Shown piece by piece: positions 18,315 through 27,681 of a stretch of 64,000 nt of DNA. A program made the position numbers and the translations under genes. Where the stretch lies: IMG/VR virus record IMGVR_UViG_3300044814_000107, positions 3,224 to 67,223 of that record. The stretch is one strand, 5' to 3'. This DNA is from a virus (taxonomy: Duplodnaviria; Heunggongvirae; Uroviricota; Caudoviricetes). The first letter of the stretch is position 1. Every line of letters starts with the position of its first letter. The notes under the pieces are model-generated. The model saw only the letters and a program-made list of their open reading frames with translations, ran no database searches and was not told the DNA's origin.

Positions 18315-21300
18315 CTACTCCTTGCGGGCGAGGACGCCGGAGACGTAGGTGGCGAACTGCGGAGGCAGCGGAGCCGGTGACTCGTCGTAGAGCGTCCGGG
18401 CCGCGTGACGCTCGACCTGCTCGAGCAGAACGGCTACCTGATCCGCGCGGAGGTTCCAGCTCGAAAGCGTCTCCTCGAGGACCCCGCGCGCGCCCGCGAT
18501 CAGCTCGCGCTCCGACGTTCCGAGTGCCCGCGTCCTCTCCGGCCCCAGCCGCGCGGCGACAATCTGGTTAGGTACGCCGTCGATCAGCTTCTCGCTGTCC
18601 CTGTCGCGCTTGGCGAGGGAGCGGAGTCGACTTCCCGCGAGCTCGCGGCAGCGCCGAAGCGCCAGGTCGGCCGCGCCGACGACCCTCGCCGCCTCGAGCG
18701 CCGACCCGACGACGCTCGAGATCGGTTCCTCGGCCGCGCTCTTCCCCGCGGGCGGTCCGGGCTCGACCTCGGCCCCGACTGCAGGCCCTTGCGACGCGCC
18801 CTCGGTGCCAGTCGCGGAGACGATCTCGCCGCCCTGCGGTTCGATGCCTCCCGACTTGATGGACGGGATGCCGTAGAGCGCGAGGCTGCCGTCGCGGACG
18901 GCGACGCCGATCATCTCGTTCAGCTCGTCGTCTGAGGGCGCGTCCACGTCGTCGAACCCCTTCGCCTTCCGCAAGGCTGCCTTCCCGATCGCGCGCGACT
19001 GGTAGGCGTCGAGCGCGTCCTTGCCGCGATCCGGATGGTTCACGACGTCGGTCGCGTCGTACTTGATCGCGAACTCCGCCCAGTCCTCCCGGCCGCTCGC
19101 GCGCATCTCGGGGCCGAAGTAGGAGGCGGTCAGGTCGTTCACGAGCTGGTTCGACGCCGGCTGGCCGTGAGCCTTCCACGTCTGGTCGTCGACGAGCCAT
19201 CCCGTGTTCCCGGTGAAGAAGACCTTGCCGTTGCGGCGCGCGAACCATGTGTGGTTCGGCGTGACTGGGCACCAGACGATCCCGTCGTAGAAGACGATCC
19301 GGTCGGTCGCGCCGTCAATCCCCTCCCGACGCGCGTGCTCCGCGGCCTTCACCGGCCGGACGCTCTTGGTCTCTAGCCCGTGAACTACGACTCCTCCACC
19401 GCTCTCGTGACGAGAAACGGCGCAACCCGCGAGGATGCACGCCAACTCGAAGGCGTCGAGTCCGTCGCCGTCCTTCTGCCAGATGTCGATGCGGCCCTGC
19501 GAGTAGTGCCAGCCGTCAGCCGCGCAGGAGACGGCGACGAAGATTTGGAGCTGTTCAAAGGTCAGCGCGCGGATGAAGTCGAGCGAGACGCGCTTCTTCG
19601 GCGCGACCACAAACAGATCCTTTGCGGCGTACTGGTTCAGTCGGAAGACGGTGATCGCGCCGCCGTGGCTCGACTCGTTCGACTGCTCGGCCTCGCGCCA
19701 GGCGGGCGCGGACGAGCCGCGCAGCGTGTCGCTGGCGGGGCCGTAGAGACGGCCGAGCAATTCGCGGATCTGCACGACCCGTTCTGGGTTCCTCGTGTGC
19801 GACTGAGAGATGGTCACGTTGCCGCCGATGCTCCCTTCCGTCCAGAACCAGGCGACCAGCCGCACGAAGTCGGACGAGTACGTCGCCTCCTCGGGCGCAG
19901 CGTGCGGCGCGGCGGTGATGATCGAGTGCTTCGCGGCCAGCTCAGCCGAGGTCGTCCACTCTCGGACAAACGGGATTCCTTCGCGCACCGCCCGCGACCG
20001 AGCTTGTGAACGCGCCGCCATGTCAAGAAGCCACGCCTCCTCCTCGGTTAGCTCTCCTCCGACCGTCACGACTATCGGATCGACGACTGCGTTCTCGTCG
20101 ATCGAGCCCGGACATAGGACGGGCCAGCGATGCGGAAGCGTCGTCAGCGAGGAGTGCGTCCGGCTCCGCAATTCGCGCATCGGCTCTCTCTGCGCCTCGG
20201 CGCGATAGATGTCCTGCACGGGCTGCCACTCCGACGCGCCAGTCTCATGGTTCAGCGTCAGAACCTCATCGCCCACGTCGAACTCGTTGTAGTGCCGCCA
20301 ACCCCCAGCCGTCAGGATCTCCGTCTCCTCGTCAACGCACCAGTGATTCGCGTCGGTCATCCCGAGCAGGATCTCGGGAGGCATATCGACTCCGAGCGCG
20401 ATCCGCTTCACGCACTCGTAGCGGAGGCCAGTCTCGGGGTAGAGCTGCGTCGGGTCGATGACCTGGATATGCCGGATCCCTCTCTCCACGGCTTCCGTCG
20501 AGCCGCGAATGACGAGCGGGACGATCTGCGACGCTGCGCCCTCGTTCGCGATCGGGGCCATCATCGCGTTCTTCAGGTCGCGCAGGAACGGGTCCTCCTC
20601 GATGTCCTCGCCGGGTGTGGCCTCGAGCGGCGCGTGCGAGAAGTCCTCCGAGATCGCGAGGATGCCGCTGCCGGCGAGCCGCGACCGGCCGCGCGCCCGG
20701 ACGGCGCGTGTCAGGATCAGTAGCTCCTCGCAGAGGTCGAGGACGCCCTTCATCGGCGAGTCGGCGAGCATCGAGTAGCGCGGGTGGCGGCGCCAGAGCC
20801 GGTAGACGACCGCTTGGTCACCAAGCGGCTCGAAGTCCTCGTCCGCAGCCTCGTAGAGCTGCTCGGCGGCCATCGACGGTGCCCTGTACCGCGTGTAGAT
20901 GCCGGACTGGACGCGAAGCTCGTCGGTCGAGAGCATCTCCCACTGCTCTTGGCCCGTATCGGGATCGGTCGAGCAGAGGAGGTACGTCTCGCCGGCGATG
21001 AACATGAGTCGGCCGTACGAGCTCAGCAGGCCCTCGCGACCGCCACCCGGATCTTGGATCCGCTCGAGTGCGGCGACCGCGTCTGGATCGTCGGTCTCCT
21101 CCCACTCGCCCTTCGCGTTCTTCTTCGCCGGGTAGAGCCGCAGGAGAGACATCATCCGCGCGTAGAACTGCGAGGCGTACCAGATTTCGCCGATCTGGTC
21201 GTAGTAGGAGAACGAGCGCGCCTGCCACGGCTGGATCAGCCGCCGCATCTGGTCGCTGTCTTGGTGGGTGACGCGGAAGCCGGCCGCAGTCAGCCCCTCG

Positions 21301-21365
21301 AGGCCCAGTCCGGAGGCGTTCGGATTACCCGTGCCGTAAGACTTCCGACGCGAGAAGAACCCCAT
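18315..21365 (-). CDS. portal protein interrupted by an intein (1016-aa precursor)
   Basis: The flanking (extein) regions resemble an SPP1 gp6-type portal (SFSYYDQIGEIWYASQFYARMM ... ETGLRYECVKRIALGVDMPPEILLGMTDANHW / TGWLVDDQTWKAHGQ). The intein shows block A (CVDEETEILTAGGW), block B (TLPHRW), a LAGLIDADG-like segment (LVAWFWTEGSIGGN) and blocks F/G (IVWCPVTPNHTWFARRNGKVFFTGN, followed by Thr). Confidence 0.8.
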   Translation of the reverse strand: MGFFSRRKSYGTGNPNASGLGLEGLTAAGFRVTHQDSDQMRRLIQPWQARSFSYYDQIGEIWYASQFYARMMSLLRLYPAKKNAKGEWEETDDPDAVAALERIQDPGGGREGLLSSYGRLMFIAGETYLLCSTDPDTGQEQWEMLSTDELRVQSGIYTRYRAPSMAAEQLYEAADEDFEPLGDQAVVYRLWRRHPRYSMLADSPMKGVLDLCEELLILTRAVRARGRSRLAGSGILAISEDFSHAPLEATPGEDIEEDPFLRDLKNAMMAPIANEGAASQIVPLVIRGSTEAVERGIRHIQVIDPTQLYPETGLRYECVKRIALGVDMPPEILLGMTDANHWCVDEETEILTAGGWRHYNEFDVGDEVLTLNHETGASEWQPVQDIYRAEAQREPMRELRSRTHSSLTTLPHRWPVLCPGSIDENAVVDPIVVTVGGELTEEEAWLLDMAARSQARSRAVREGIPFVREWTTSAELAAKHSIITAAPHAAPEEATYSSDFVRLVAWFWTEGSIGGNVTISQSHTRNPERVVQIRELLGRLYGPASDTLRGSSAPAWREAEQSNESSHGGAITVFRLNQYAAKDLFVVAPKKRVSLDFIRALTFEQLQIFVAVSCAADGWHYSQGRIDIWQKDGDGLDAFELACILAGCAVSRHESGGGVVVHGLETKSVRPVKAAEHARREGIDGATDRIVFYDGIVWCPVTPNHTWFARRNGKVFFTGNTGWLVDDQTWKAHGQPASNQLVNDLTASYFGPEMRASGREDWAEFAIKYDATDVVNHPDRGKDALDAYQSRAIGKAALRKAKGFDDVDAPSDDELNEMIGVAVRDGSLALYGIPSIKSGGIEPQGGEIVSATGTEGASQGPAVGAEVEPGPPAGKSAAEEPISSVVGSALEAARVVGAADLALRRCRELAGSRLRSLAKRDRDSEKLIDGVPNQIVAARLGPERTRALGTSERELIAGARGVLEETLSSWNLRADQVAVLLEQVERHAARTLYDESPAPLPPQFATYVSGVLARKE
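19206..20339 (-). mobile_element. intein (~378 aa) with a homing-endonuclease-like domain, in the portal gene
   Basis: Coordinates were derived from the amino-acid positions of intein blocks A through G (aa 343-720 of the precursor). The ending is unusual: GN followed by Thr. Confidence 0.65.
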
Positions 21366-21370
21366 CTAGG

Positions 21371-21553
21371 TCAGGCCGCCGACGGCTCGGGCTCGGCGGC
21401 GGCTGGCTTCGGGTTCCGCTTCGGGCCGCTCCACTTGAAGCCACCCGGATCGGCACCGCGCGCCTGGTCCGGCGACCGCTGACCCCGTACGACCTGCTCG
21501 CGCGGAACCCGTTCCGCTGAGCGCTTCGAGCCACCGCAACCGCAACCGCCCAT
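21371..21553 (-). CDS. small basic protein (60 aa)
   Basis: ACAGAGGAGGAACGGG precedes the ATG. The stop abuts the portal start codon. Confidence 0.4.
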   Translation of the reverse strand: MGGCGCGGSKRSAERVPREQVVRGQRSPDQARGADPGGFKWSGPKRNPKPAAAEPEPSAA

Positions 21554-21584
21554 CCCGTTCCTCCTCTGTTTTGACCTTGGACGA

Positions 21585-21658
21585 TGGCGCCGGCGGGACT
21601 CGAACCCGCGACCTCCGGATTATGAGTCCGGCGAGCTACCGACTGCTCTACGGCGCGC
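21585..21658 (-). tRNA. tRNA-Met (anticodon CAT)
   Basis: Minus-strand sequence CGCGCCGTAGAGCAGTCGGTAGCTCGCCGGACTCATAATCCGGAGGTCGCGGGTTCGAGTCCCGCCGGCGCCA. The anticodon loop is CTCATAA. The characteristic AGSSPAG peptide appears in the overlapping spurious ORF. Confidence 0.75.
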
Positions 21659-21662
21659 ACGC

Positions 21663-21836
21663 GAGGGTACTACGGGGAACCGTTGCCGCCATCGTCGCGC
21701 TGATGCGCGTCTCCGGTCAGCGTATGCCCCTCATACTCGGCGATGTCGTTGCGGAGGCGTTCCCGCTCGTCGTCGTCGGTGGCCGCCGCGAGCTGTGCGC
21801 GGAGCTCGGCGGCGACCTCGAGCTGGTTCTTGTTCA
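21663..21836 (-). CDS. possible small protein (57 aa)
   Basis: Own translation. GGGGGGAGG precedes a GTG that overlaps the upstream stop. The product reads VNKNQLEVAAELRAQLAAATDDDERERLRNDIAEYEGHTL... Confidence 0.3.
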
Positions 21837-22298
21837 CGGGGTAGCGCCTCCCCCCTCGTACGAGTAGCCGTTCGGAGGAGCCGCGATACCGACTCCCTTC
21901 GCGGGGAACTCGTTCGTCGTGAGAAGTCCCTGTACCGCGCGCAAGCCGGCGTTCAGAGCGCCGAGGATCGCGGCGACCGCGAGCGACTTCATCGTGTTCA
22001 GGTCGGGAGCTCCGAAAGTGCCGGGCAACGTCACGACAAGTGACGCGACGAACGCCTGCAGGAACGAGTCGGCCCAGTCCCCGAACGGGCTGCCGAAGTA
22101 GCTGACGAAATCGAGCTTCGGCAGGTACGCCTGGATACCCCGCAAGAACGCGACGATCGCCGCTCCGAGCGCGGCGACGCCGAAGAGATACATCTTGCCG
22201 AGGTTCGGAGCCGCGAGGATGCCGAGTCCGTAGGTGATGAGAGCCGCGAGGAAGGCACGAATCGCCGCCCGTCCGGCTGCTCCGAGTGTCGTTGTCAC
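21834..22298 (-). CDS. multi-pass membrane protein, possibly holin-like
   Basis: Track ORF 21834..22331, trimmed to a GTG preceded by AAGGAGG. Four predicted transmembrane helices. Confidence 0.5.
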   Translation of the reverse strand: MTTTLGAAGRAAIRAFLAALITYGLGILAAPNLGKMYLFGVAALGAAIVAFLRGIQAYLPKLDFVSYFGSPFGDWADSFLQAFVASLVVTLPGTFGAPDLNTMKSLAVAAILGALNAGLRAVQGLLTTNEFPAKGVGIAAPPNGYSYEGGGATP

Positions 22299-22445
22299 CG
22301 CTGAGTCCTCCTTCTGAAGGATGGCTTGCACGCTGAGAGGCTAGTGCGCGAAGGGGTCAGCGGCTACGCGCGGTCAGGGCGCGACCGCTTGCCAGACCCC
22401 GCAACCCCGAAGGGGATTCGGTGCTAGCCGCGCCCGACAGGGACG

Positions 22446-22742
22446 CTAGCAAGCGAGCGGTGGCCGACGCGGTACGTTGTGGAACGCCCAGTAGGCGTCG
22501 GGGTCGCGCGAGGCGGGGAACTGCCCGTAGGGGATGCGTTCGCAGTGGAGGCGGTAGCCGGTCTTCGTCTCGAAGACGCCGAAGACCTCGTAGGCGCGCT
22601 CGACCTCGTCCGGGTCACCGCCCGGTCCGTCGGTCTGGACGATCACGTCGAGGAGCTGCGGGCGGCGCCTGTCGCGCGGCCAGTCGGGGAACCGCATCCA
22701 CGTCGTCGTACCGAGCGGCCGGTGGTGGCCCGGCCGGATCAT
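22446..22742 (-). CDS. hypothetical protein
   Basis: Trimmed to MIRPGHH. The start overlaps the upstream stop (ATGA). Confidence 0.45.
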   Translation of the reverse strand: MIRPGHHRPLGTTTWMRFPDWPRDRRRPQLLDVIVQTDGPGGDPDEVERAYEVFGVFETKTGYRLHCERIPYGQFPASRDPDAYWAFHNVPRRPPLAC

Positions 22743-22921
22743 CCCGGCCAGACGCCGCCGCACGCGGCGAGGAGTTCCTCGTACCGCTCCTCCCACTCGC
22801 GCGCGTCGTCGAGCTCGGTGAGCAGGTCGACGAGGACGGAGCCGATGCGCGAGTGCTTACTGCCCGGTGACGTGAAGCGCTCGGCGAGCGCGCGGATCTC
22901 GGCTTCCCGCTCGGGCGTCAC
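22739..22921 (-). CDS. hypothetical small protein
   Basis: Translationally coupled to its neighbours by GTGA and ATGA overlaps. Confidence 0.4.
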   Translation of the reverse strand: MTPEREAEIRALAERFTSPGSKHSRIGSVLVDLLTELDDAREWEERYEELLAACGGVWPG

Positions 22922-23121
22922 CCGACGCGGCGCGCGGACGGCGCGAAGAGTTTCGCCTCGACGCTGCCCGGCGCGAGGTACTCGTAGACCTCGGCACCCT
23001 GGGGCCGTACGAGACGGACGGTCCCGGTCGTTCGGACGTCGTGGCGAATCCGGGCGGCGTCTTTCTTCCAGCAGAGGACCTTCTTGCCGTCAGGCAGCGT
23101 CAGCTCGAAGGTCGCTTTCAC
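22918..23121 (-). CDS. hypothetical small protein
   Basis: The 67-aa product is protein-like. The stop overlaps the next start. Confidence 0.45.
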   Translation of the reverse strand: MKATFELTLPDGKKVLCWKKDAARIRHDVRTTGTVRLVRPQGAEVYEYLAPGSVEAKLFAPSARRVG

Positions 23122-23462
23122 GGGTCCCAGTTCTTACTGACGAGGCCGACGGCGGCGTTCAGCGCGAACGCTGCGAGGGCGTAGAGCGTCCAGCGCGGCT
23201 CCTCGAGCCAGGCGACGTAGACGCCGCAGCCGACCCAGAAGCCGGCGCACCAAGGACAGCCGAGGAACTTCGCGAGTACCGGTCGGGTGTAGGTGCCGCG
23301 CGGGTCGTCGTTGTAGACGCGGACGCCCTTGTTCCGCTCGTTCCGGCCAGAGAGCCAGTGGCGGAGCCTAACGGCGTACGGCCACTCATCCCAGCCGATG
23401 AGTCTCACGAGACGAAAGGTCCCGAGCGCGAGAACGAGCGCGACCCACGGCGACGGGATCAC
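23118..23462 (-). CDS. membrane protein with a CPWC motif (DUF1360-like)
   Basis: Track ORF 23118..23507, trimmed to the GTG (VIPSPW) that overlaps the epimerase stop as GTGA. The product contains FLGCPWCAGFWVGCGVYVAW. Confidence 0.5.
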   Translation of the reverse strand: MIPSPWVALVLALGTFRLVRLIGWDEWPYAVRLRHWLSGRNERNKGVRVYNDDPRGTYTRPVLAKFLGCPWCAGFWVGCGVYVAWLEEPRWTLYALAAFALNAAVGLVSKNWDP

Positions 23463-24345
23463 GAGACGAGCTCCGAGAGTCCGACTTCGAGCGGACGCGG
23501 GTTCCACCCGCGCAGGCCCGCGCGGATCTTCGTCGAGTCGAGACAGCTCGATCGAACCTCTCCCGGCCGCGCCGCGACGAACTCATGGCGCGACCCGAGC
23601 CGCGTAAGCAGCGAGAGAATCCGCGTCTCCGCTCCGGTGCCGACGTTGTAGACGCCGGGCAGAAGATGGCAGGCGTCGATCGTCGCCGACGCGACGTCGG
23701 ATACGTGGACGAAGTCGCGGGTCTGCTCGCCGTCGCCGTAGACGACCGGGACGAGACCCCGTTCGATCTGGTCGAGGAAGATCGCGACGACGCCGCCTTC
23801 GGCGTCCGCTCGCTGACGAGGCCCGTAGACGTTCGCGTAGCGCAGGATGACGTGACTGCAGTCGAGGCCGAGGTAGCCCTCGCCGGCGAGCTTCGAGACG
23901 GCATAGGGGGAGACTGGCTTCGGAAGGTCGATCTCCAGCGCCGGCCCTCGACAGTCGCCGTACATCGCTCCGCCCGTCGATGCGAAAACGACCTTCGCCT
24001 CGCAGAGAGCGGCCGCCTGCGCAACGCGGAGAGTGCCGAAGACGTTCGTTCGCGCGTCCTCGAACGGATCGACGACGCTGCGGGTTACGTCGGTCTGCGC
24101 CGCCAAGTGATAGATGACCTCGGGCTCGGCCTCGATGATCGCTTCGGCCGCCTCTACGGTCGCGACGTCCCGCTTCACGAAGTAGGCGGCCGACCCTACG
24201 AGGTTCTCGAGCCTGCCGGTCGAGAGGTTGTCGATCACGAGGACGTATTCGCAGCCGCGCTCGAGAAGCTGCTCGACGAGGTGCGATCCGATGAAGCCTG
24301 CGCCGCCGGTGACGACAGCGCGGCGCGGCGTTCGGCGAGAGTCCA
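23459..24345 (-). CDS. NAD-dependent epimerase/dehydratase (GalE-like)
   Basis: A Rossmann motif (VVTGGAGFIGSHLVEQL) and a catalytic YxxxK motif (YAVSKLAGE) are present. The start was approximated at the GTG of VDSRR. Track ORF 23459..24499. Confidence 0.75.
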
Positions 24346-24419
24346 CGCCCGAAGGATGCCACGAACGGCGAGAGAGCGCGGAGGGAGCCTCACGGCCCCC
24401 CTCCGCCAGGTTGGTTCCT

Positions 24420-24884
24420 CTACGCCGACGGCGTGAGGATGATCTCGCCCGAGGTCTCCTCGCTCGCGGCGACGGTGAGCGTCGCTGCGAGGTGGACATC
24501 GACGCCGTCCGAGCTGCGCGTCGAGTCGCAGGAGATGACGGTCGCGCCGAGCGCGGTCGTCAGGGTGACGACGGCGGACAGGCCGTCCGCAGCCGCCTCG
24601 ACCGTCGCGACGCTCTCGTCGCTGGACGCCCAGACCGGCACGTCGTCCGGCGCGGTCGGGTTACCGTCCACGTCGAGGAACGACGCCGCGGCGCTGAGCG
24701 GAGAGCTGGTGTCGAGGACCTGAAGGTCCATGATGGTGACTCCTTCCAGTTGATGCCAGACTATGAATCCGAGGAGGGGCGGCCCTGGCGCAGCCAACTC
24801 CACCTGTCGCGCGAGTTGCCGTAGCAGTCGCGCTACGACCGTGCCGTTGGCCTCGATGAGTTGCCGCCAAAATCCCTTGGTCAT
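24420..24884 (-). CDS. bacterial Ig-like (Big_2-type) domain protein
   Basis: The C-terminal ~100 aa have an Ig-like pattern (VWASSDESVATVEAAADGLSAVVTLTTALGATVISCDS). An alternative internal start MDLQVLD at 24731 is preceded by GGAAGGAG. Confidence 0.55.
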   Translation of the reverse strand: MTKGFWRQLIEANGTVVARLLRQLARQVELAAPGPPLLGFIVWHQLEGVTIMDLQVLDTSSPLSAAASFLDVDGNPTAPDDVPVWASSDESVATVEAAADGLSAVVTLTTALGATVISCDSTRSSDGVDVHLAATLTVAASEETSGEIILTPSA

Positions 24885-24930
24885 GACTCTCCCTCTCGAA
24901 CGCTAGACGGCCTGGCGCGATTCTAGTCCT

Positions 24931-25218
24931 TTACGACGCCCGGCGCAGCCGACCGATCAGCGCGTCGACCTCGGTGAGGTCACCCGGCCACGACCTGCGG
25001 TGCCGCATATGGCTGATGAACGAGTCCGCTTCGATGATCAGCGAGAGCAGCGCCGAGCATTCGCCGGCGCTCAGAGGCGCGCCGCCGATGATGTCCTGCA
25101 CGCCGTCCTTCAGGAGCGCGATCGCGTTCCGTTCGTCGGCTAGATCCGCCACGGTCTCCCCTCCCATCCGTCGGGCTTCGAGGCGAGCCCGTGGACGGGC
25201 CTGCCGATCCGCCACCAC
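24931..25218 (-). CDS. hypothetical protein
   Basis: Protein-like C-terminal 78 aa. The start is uncertain (25218 or 25167). Confidence 0.35.
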   Translation of the reverse strand: MVADRQARPRARLEARRMGGETVADLADERNAIALLKDGVQDIIGGAPLSAGECSALLSLIIEADSFISHMRHRRSWPGDLTEVDALIGRLRRAS

Positions 25219-25382
25219 TCGTCCCAGGAGAGATTCGTCGCGATCAGCGCCTTGAGACGCAGGTCGCCTCCGAACTCGGACGGGCCGAGATCGCTGGTCG
25301 CGAACAGCGCGGCTTCGATGTCGTCGTGGACATCCTCGAGCGTCTTCCCCTGCGGGGTCACCTGCTGCTCGTCGTCACCCAT
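25140..25382 (-). CDS. hypothetical small protein
   Basis: Track ORF 25140..25613, trimmed to MGDDEQQ, which is preceded by GGGAGG. Confidence 0.4.
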   Translation of the reverse strand: MGDDEQQVTPQGKTLEDVHDDIEAALFATSDLGPSEFGGDLRLKALIATNLSWDEWWRIGRPVHGLASKPDGWEGRPWRI

Positions 25383-26995
25383 CGCGTGCCTCCCTTCAGC
25401 CCGCCCCTTACCGGGGCGGGGTCGTAGATCAGCTCGGCGTCGGCCGCGGGGTCGCGGCGGACGAAGTGCTCGTGGTAGCTCGCGCGGATCGCCTCCTCGG
25501 GCGCGCCGTCGTAGACGCGCCAGCCGGCGCCATACATCGCGGGGAGGTTCGTCGCGGCGTAGGCAGCGCGGCCGTTCGTGATCTTCCGACAGTTCTTCGA
25601 GGCATACCCCCACGCGACGTAGTTCCCGGTAGCCGTGGTGAGACTGATGACTTCGCTTTCGCCGTCCTCTTCAACCGCAACAATCTTGTCTGGGTGGCCG
25701 ATCGTACCGCCGATCCCGCGACTGGCGAGCATTTGGTCTGCCCACGTGCTTCGCTTCTTCGGCCGGACGAGATTGGCGAATCTGACAAAGGTTTCGCGGC
25801 CACCGACTAGATGGACACCCATTTCCGCCTTGCGGTACGGGAAGCCGAAGTGGTCGAGCGCTTCGCACAGCTCCTCGTAGAGGAAAGGGTTGGCGGCCGC
25901 GCTCTGTGCGATGTGGTTTCGGTGGCCCTCGCCGTCGAACATCCCCGCGAGCCAGCCGGCTAGCCAAGCATCATCGTAGTCAGGCGACGGGAACGACGGA
26001 GTTATGACGTGGGTTAGCGACCGGCCAATGGCCGCCGTCTTGAACACTCCGCTTCCCCGTACATAGGTAGCGTCGCCAACAATGACCTCGTTTCCCTGCC
26101 CCCATCTTCCTATCCCCTGCCCCCGGCCTTGCTCTCCGCCGACAGCGATGGGGAAGCGATCCGGCCCGCGAGTACCGTAGAAGTGCTGCCGCCAAAGGTG
26201 ATCAGGCGAGCAGCGAAGACTTCGGCCGGACTCAAACTCCACACGAACGATTGGCGACTGTCGTACCGAGACGTCCGTTACAGCGGATGGCAGTAGATGG
26301 ATCTTCGTTCGCGCAGAGGAGTGTCCCCAGCCGATCACCTCGTCACCCACTCGGACATCGCCTAGATGGCGAAAAGTGAGATCGCCCATCCAGATCGGTG
26401 CCTCTGGCGGATTACAGAACTGCGCCTCGGAGCGCCACGAGAAGTGCCGGACGTTCAGGGGCGCGTCGATCGTCAGCGTGCCGCCGGTCGTCTGGGCTCC
26501 GTGGTTTCCCATCTCGATCGAGAGGTCGGGCCTCAGTCGGCACGCGACCTTCACCATCCCGTGTTTCTTCTGCCGCCAGCAGAGCTGCGCGACAGGATTC
26601 GCCGCCGGCTCGTCGACATCGGTCGCGAAGTGGTTGAAGACGAGAGCGCGCAGGATTCCGACGTCGGGGCCGAGACCGCCGAGGTAGTCGCGGATCGGCA
26701 GGTCGCAGTCGCCGTGGTGCCAGATTTCGTCGGCGTCGCAGGGCAGCACCCAGCGGTGGCCGCGCGCGAGGGCCTCCATCGCGAGCGCGGTCGTCTTCCT
26801 GTCCTGGTAGTAGCCGATCTCGGGATCGTCGCGCAGTTCGACCGGCAGCCGCTCGAGGATCTCGCGCGTCCCGTCGCTCGAGAGGTTGTCGGCGACGATG
26901 ACCTCGTCGACGTGCCAGAGCAGGTGCCGAATCGTCGTCTCGACAATATCCGCCTCGTCTTTGACGAGCATGACCGCGCAGACCGTGCCGCTCAT
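25358..26995 (-). CDS. GT2-family glycosyltransferase interrupted by an intein (545-aa precursor)
   Basis: The flanking (extein) regions carry GT-A motifs: MLVKDEADIVETTI, VADNLSSDGT and a DxD motif (PCDADEIW). The insert runs from CNPPEAPIWM to SLTTATGNYVAWGYASKN and is followed by Cys. It contains block B (RCSPDHLW) and a LAGLIDADG motif (WLAGWLAGMFDGEGH). Confidence 0.8.
   Translation of the reverse strand: MSGTVCAVMLVKDEADIVETTIRHLLWHVDEVIVADNLSSDGTREILERLPVELRDDPEIGYYQDRKTTALAMEALARGHRWVLPCDADEIWHHGDCDLPIRDYLGGLGPDVGILRALVFNHFATDVDEPAANPVAQLCWRQKKHGMVKVACRLRPDLSIEMGNHGAQTTGGTLTIDAPLNVRHFSWRSEAQFCNPPEAPIWMGDLTFRHLGDVRVGDEVIGWGHSSARTKIHLLPSAVTDVSVRQSPIVRVEFESGRSLRCSPDHLWRQHFYGTRGPDRFPIAVGGEQGRGQGIGRWGQGNEVIVGDATYVRGSGVFKTAAIGRSLTHVITPSFPSPDYDDAWLAGWLAGMFDGEGHRNHIAQSAAANPFLYEELCEALDHFGFPYRKAEMGVHLVGGRETFVRFANLVRPKKRSTWADQMLASRGIGGTIGHPDKIVAVEEDGESEVISLTTATGNYVAWGYASKNCRKITNGRAAYAATNLPAMYGAGWRVYDGAPEEAIRASYHEHFVRRDPAADAELIYDPAPVRGGLKGGTRWVTTSSR
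25592..26416 (-). mobile_element. intein (~275 aa) with a LAGLIDADG homing endonuclease, in a glycosyltransferase gene
   Basis: Positions were derived from aa 194-468 of the precursor. The penultimate residue is Lys rather than the usual His, and the +1 extein residue is Cys. Confidence 0.65.
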
Positions 26996-27681
26996 CAGCG
27001 CTTCTCCACGAGCTCGCGGACGGCGGCGCGGCCGATAGCGGCAGCGTCGCGGTATTCCGCGAGGATCGTGAACTGCTCGGTGTAGCCTTCGCCTCCGGGG
27101 ATCGACTGTGGGAGTCGCTCGTGGAAGCTATGCAGAGCCAGTCCGAGGACGCGACGTGCCGGGGTCTCGCAGAAGGCGTCGCAGGCGTATGCGAACGCGC
27201 CGTCGTCGCCGCCCCAGAGTCCGAAGCGCTCGTCGTAGCCGTGCGCTCGTTCCCATGTCGAGCGGGAGAAGACGGTGAGGAGGCCGCTGCCGCCGTGGCC
27301 GAACTGCTGGCAGTCCGCCTCGCTGAAGGTAGGCAGCCCGCGCCAGAGTGAATCGTGGAGACGGACGGTCGCGGCCCGGTCGAGGTATGCGTAGTCGCTG
27401 AAGGGGACGACGAGCCCGTCGTGCTCGCTGGCGAGTTCGATCGCCAAGTCGAGCTGCGGCAACGGCGCGACGACATCCGGGTCGAGTTGGACGATCAGGT
27501 CGTGCGACGCGGCCGAGATGGCGGCGTTCAGGCCGCGCGCCTTAGTGAACGGCTCCGGGGCTCCGACGATGAACTCGGCGCTCGGGTAACGGCTGCGCCA
27601 CCACCGCTCTACGAACTCGAACGCGCGGAGGCGGTCGGGGTCGCCGAGATCCTTCCAAGCGGTGACGATCGAGAAGTTCAC
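26995..27681 (-). CDS. glycosyltransferase-like protein (GT-A fold)
   Basis: Track ORF 26995..27834, trimmed to a GTG preceded by AGGAGGAGGG that overlaps the upstream stop (GTGA). The product contains FSIVTAWKD, LIVQLDPDV and GLWGGDDGAFAYA. Confidence 0.55.
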   Translation of the reverse strand: MNFSIVTAWKDLGDPDRLRAFEFVERWWRSRYPSAEFIVGAPEPFTKARGLNAAISAASHDLIVQLDPDVVAPLPQLDLAIELASEHDGLVVPFSDYAYLDRAATVRLHDSLWRGLPTFSEADCQQFGHGGSGLLTVFSRSTWERAHGYDERFGLWGGDDGAFAYACDAFCETPARRVLGLALHSFHERLPQSIPGGEGYTEQFTILAEYRDAAAIGRAAVRELVEKR

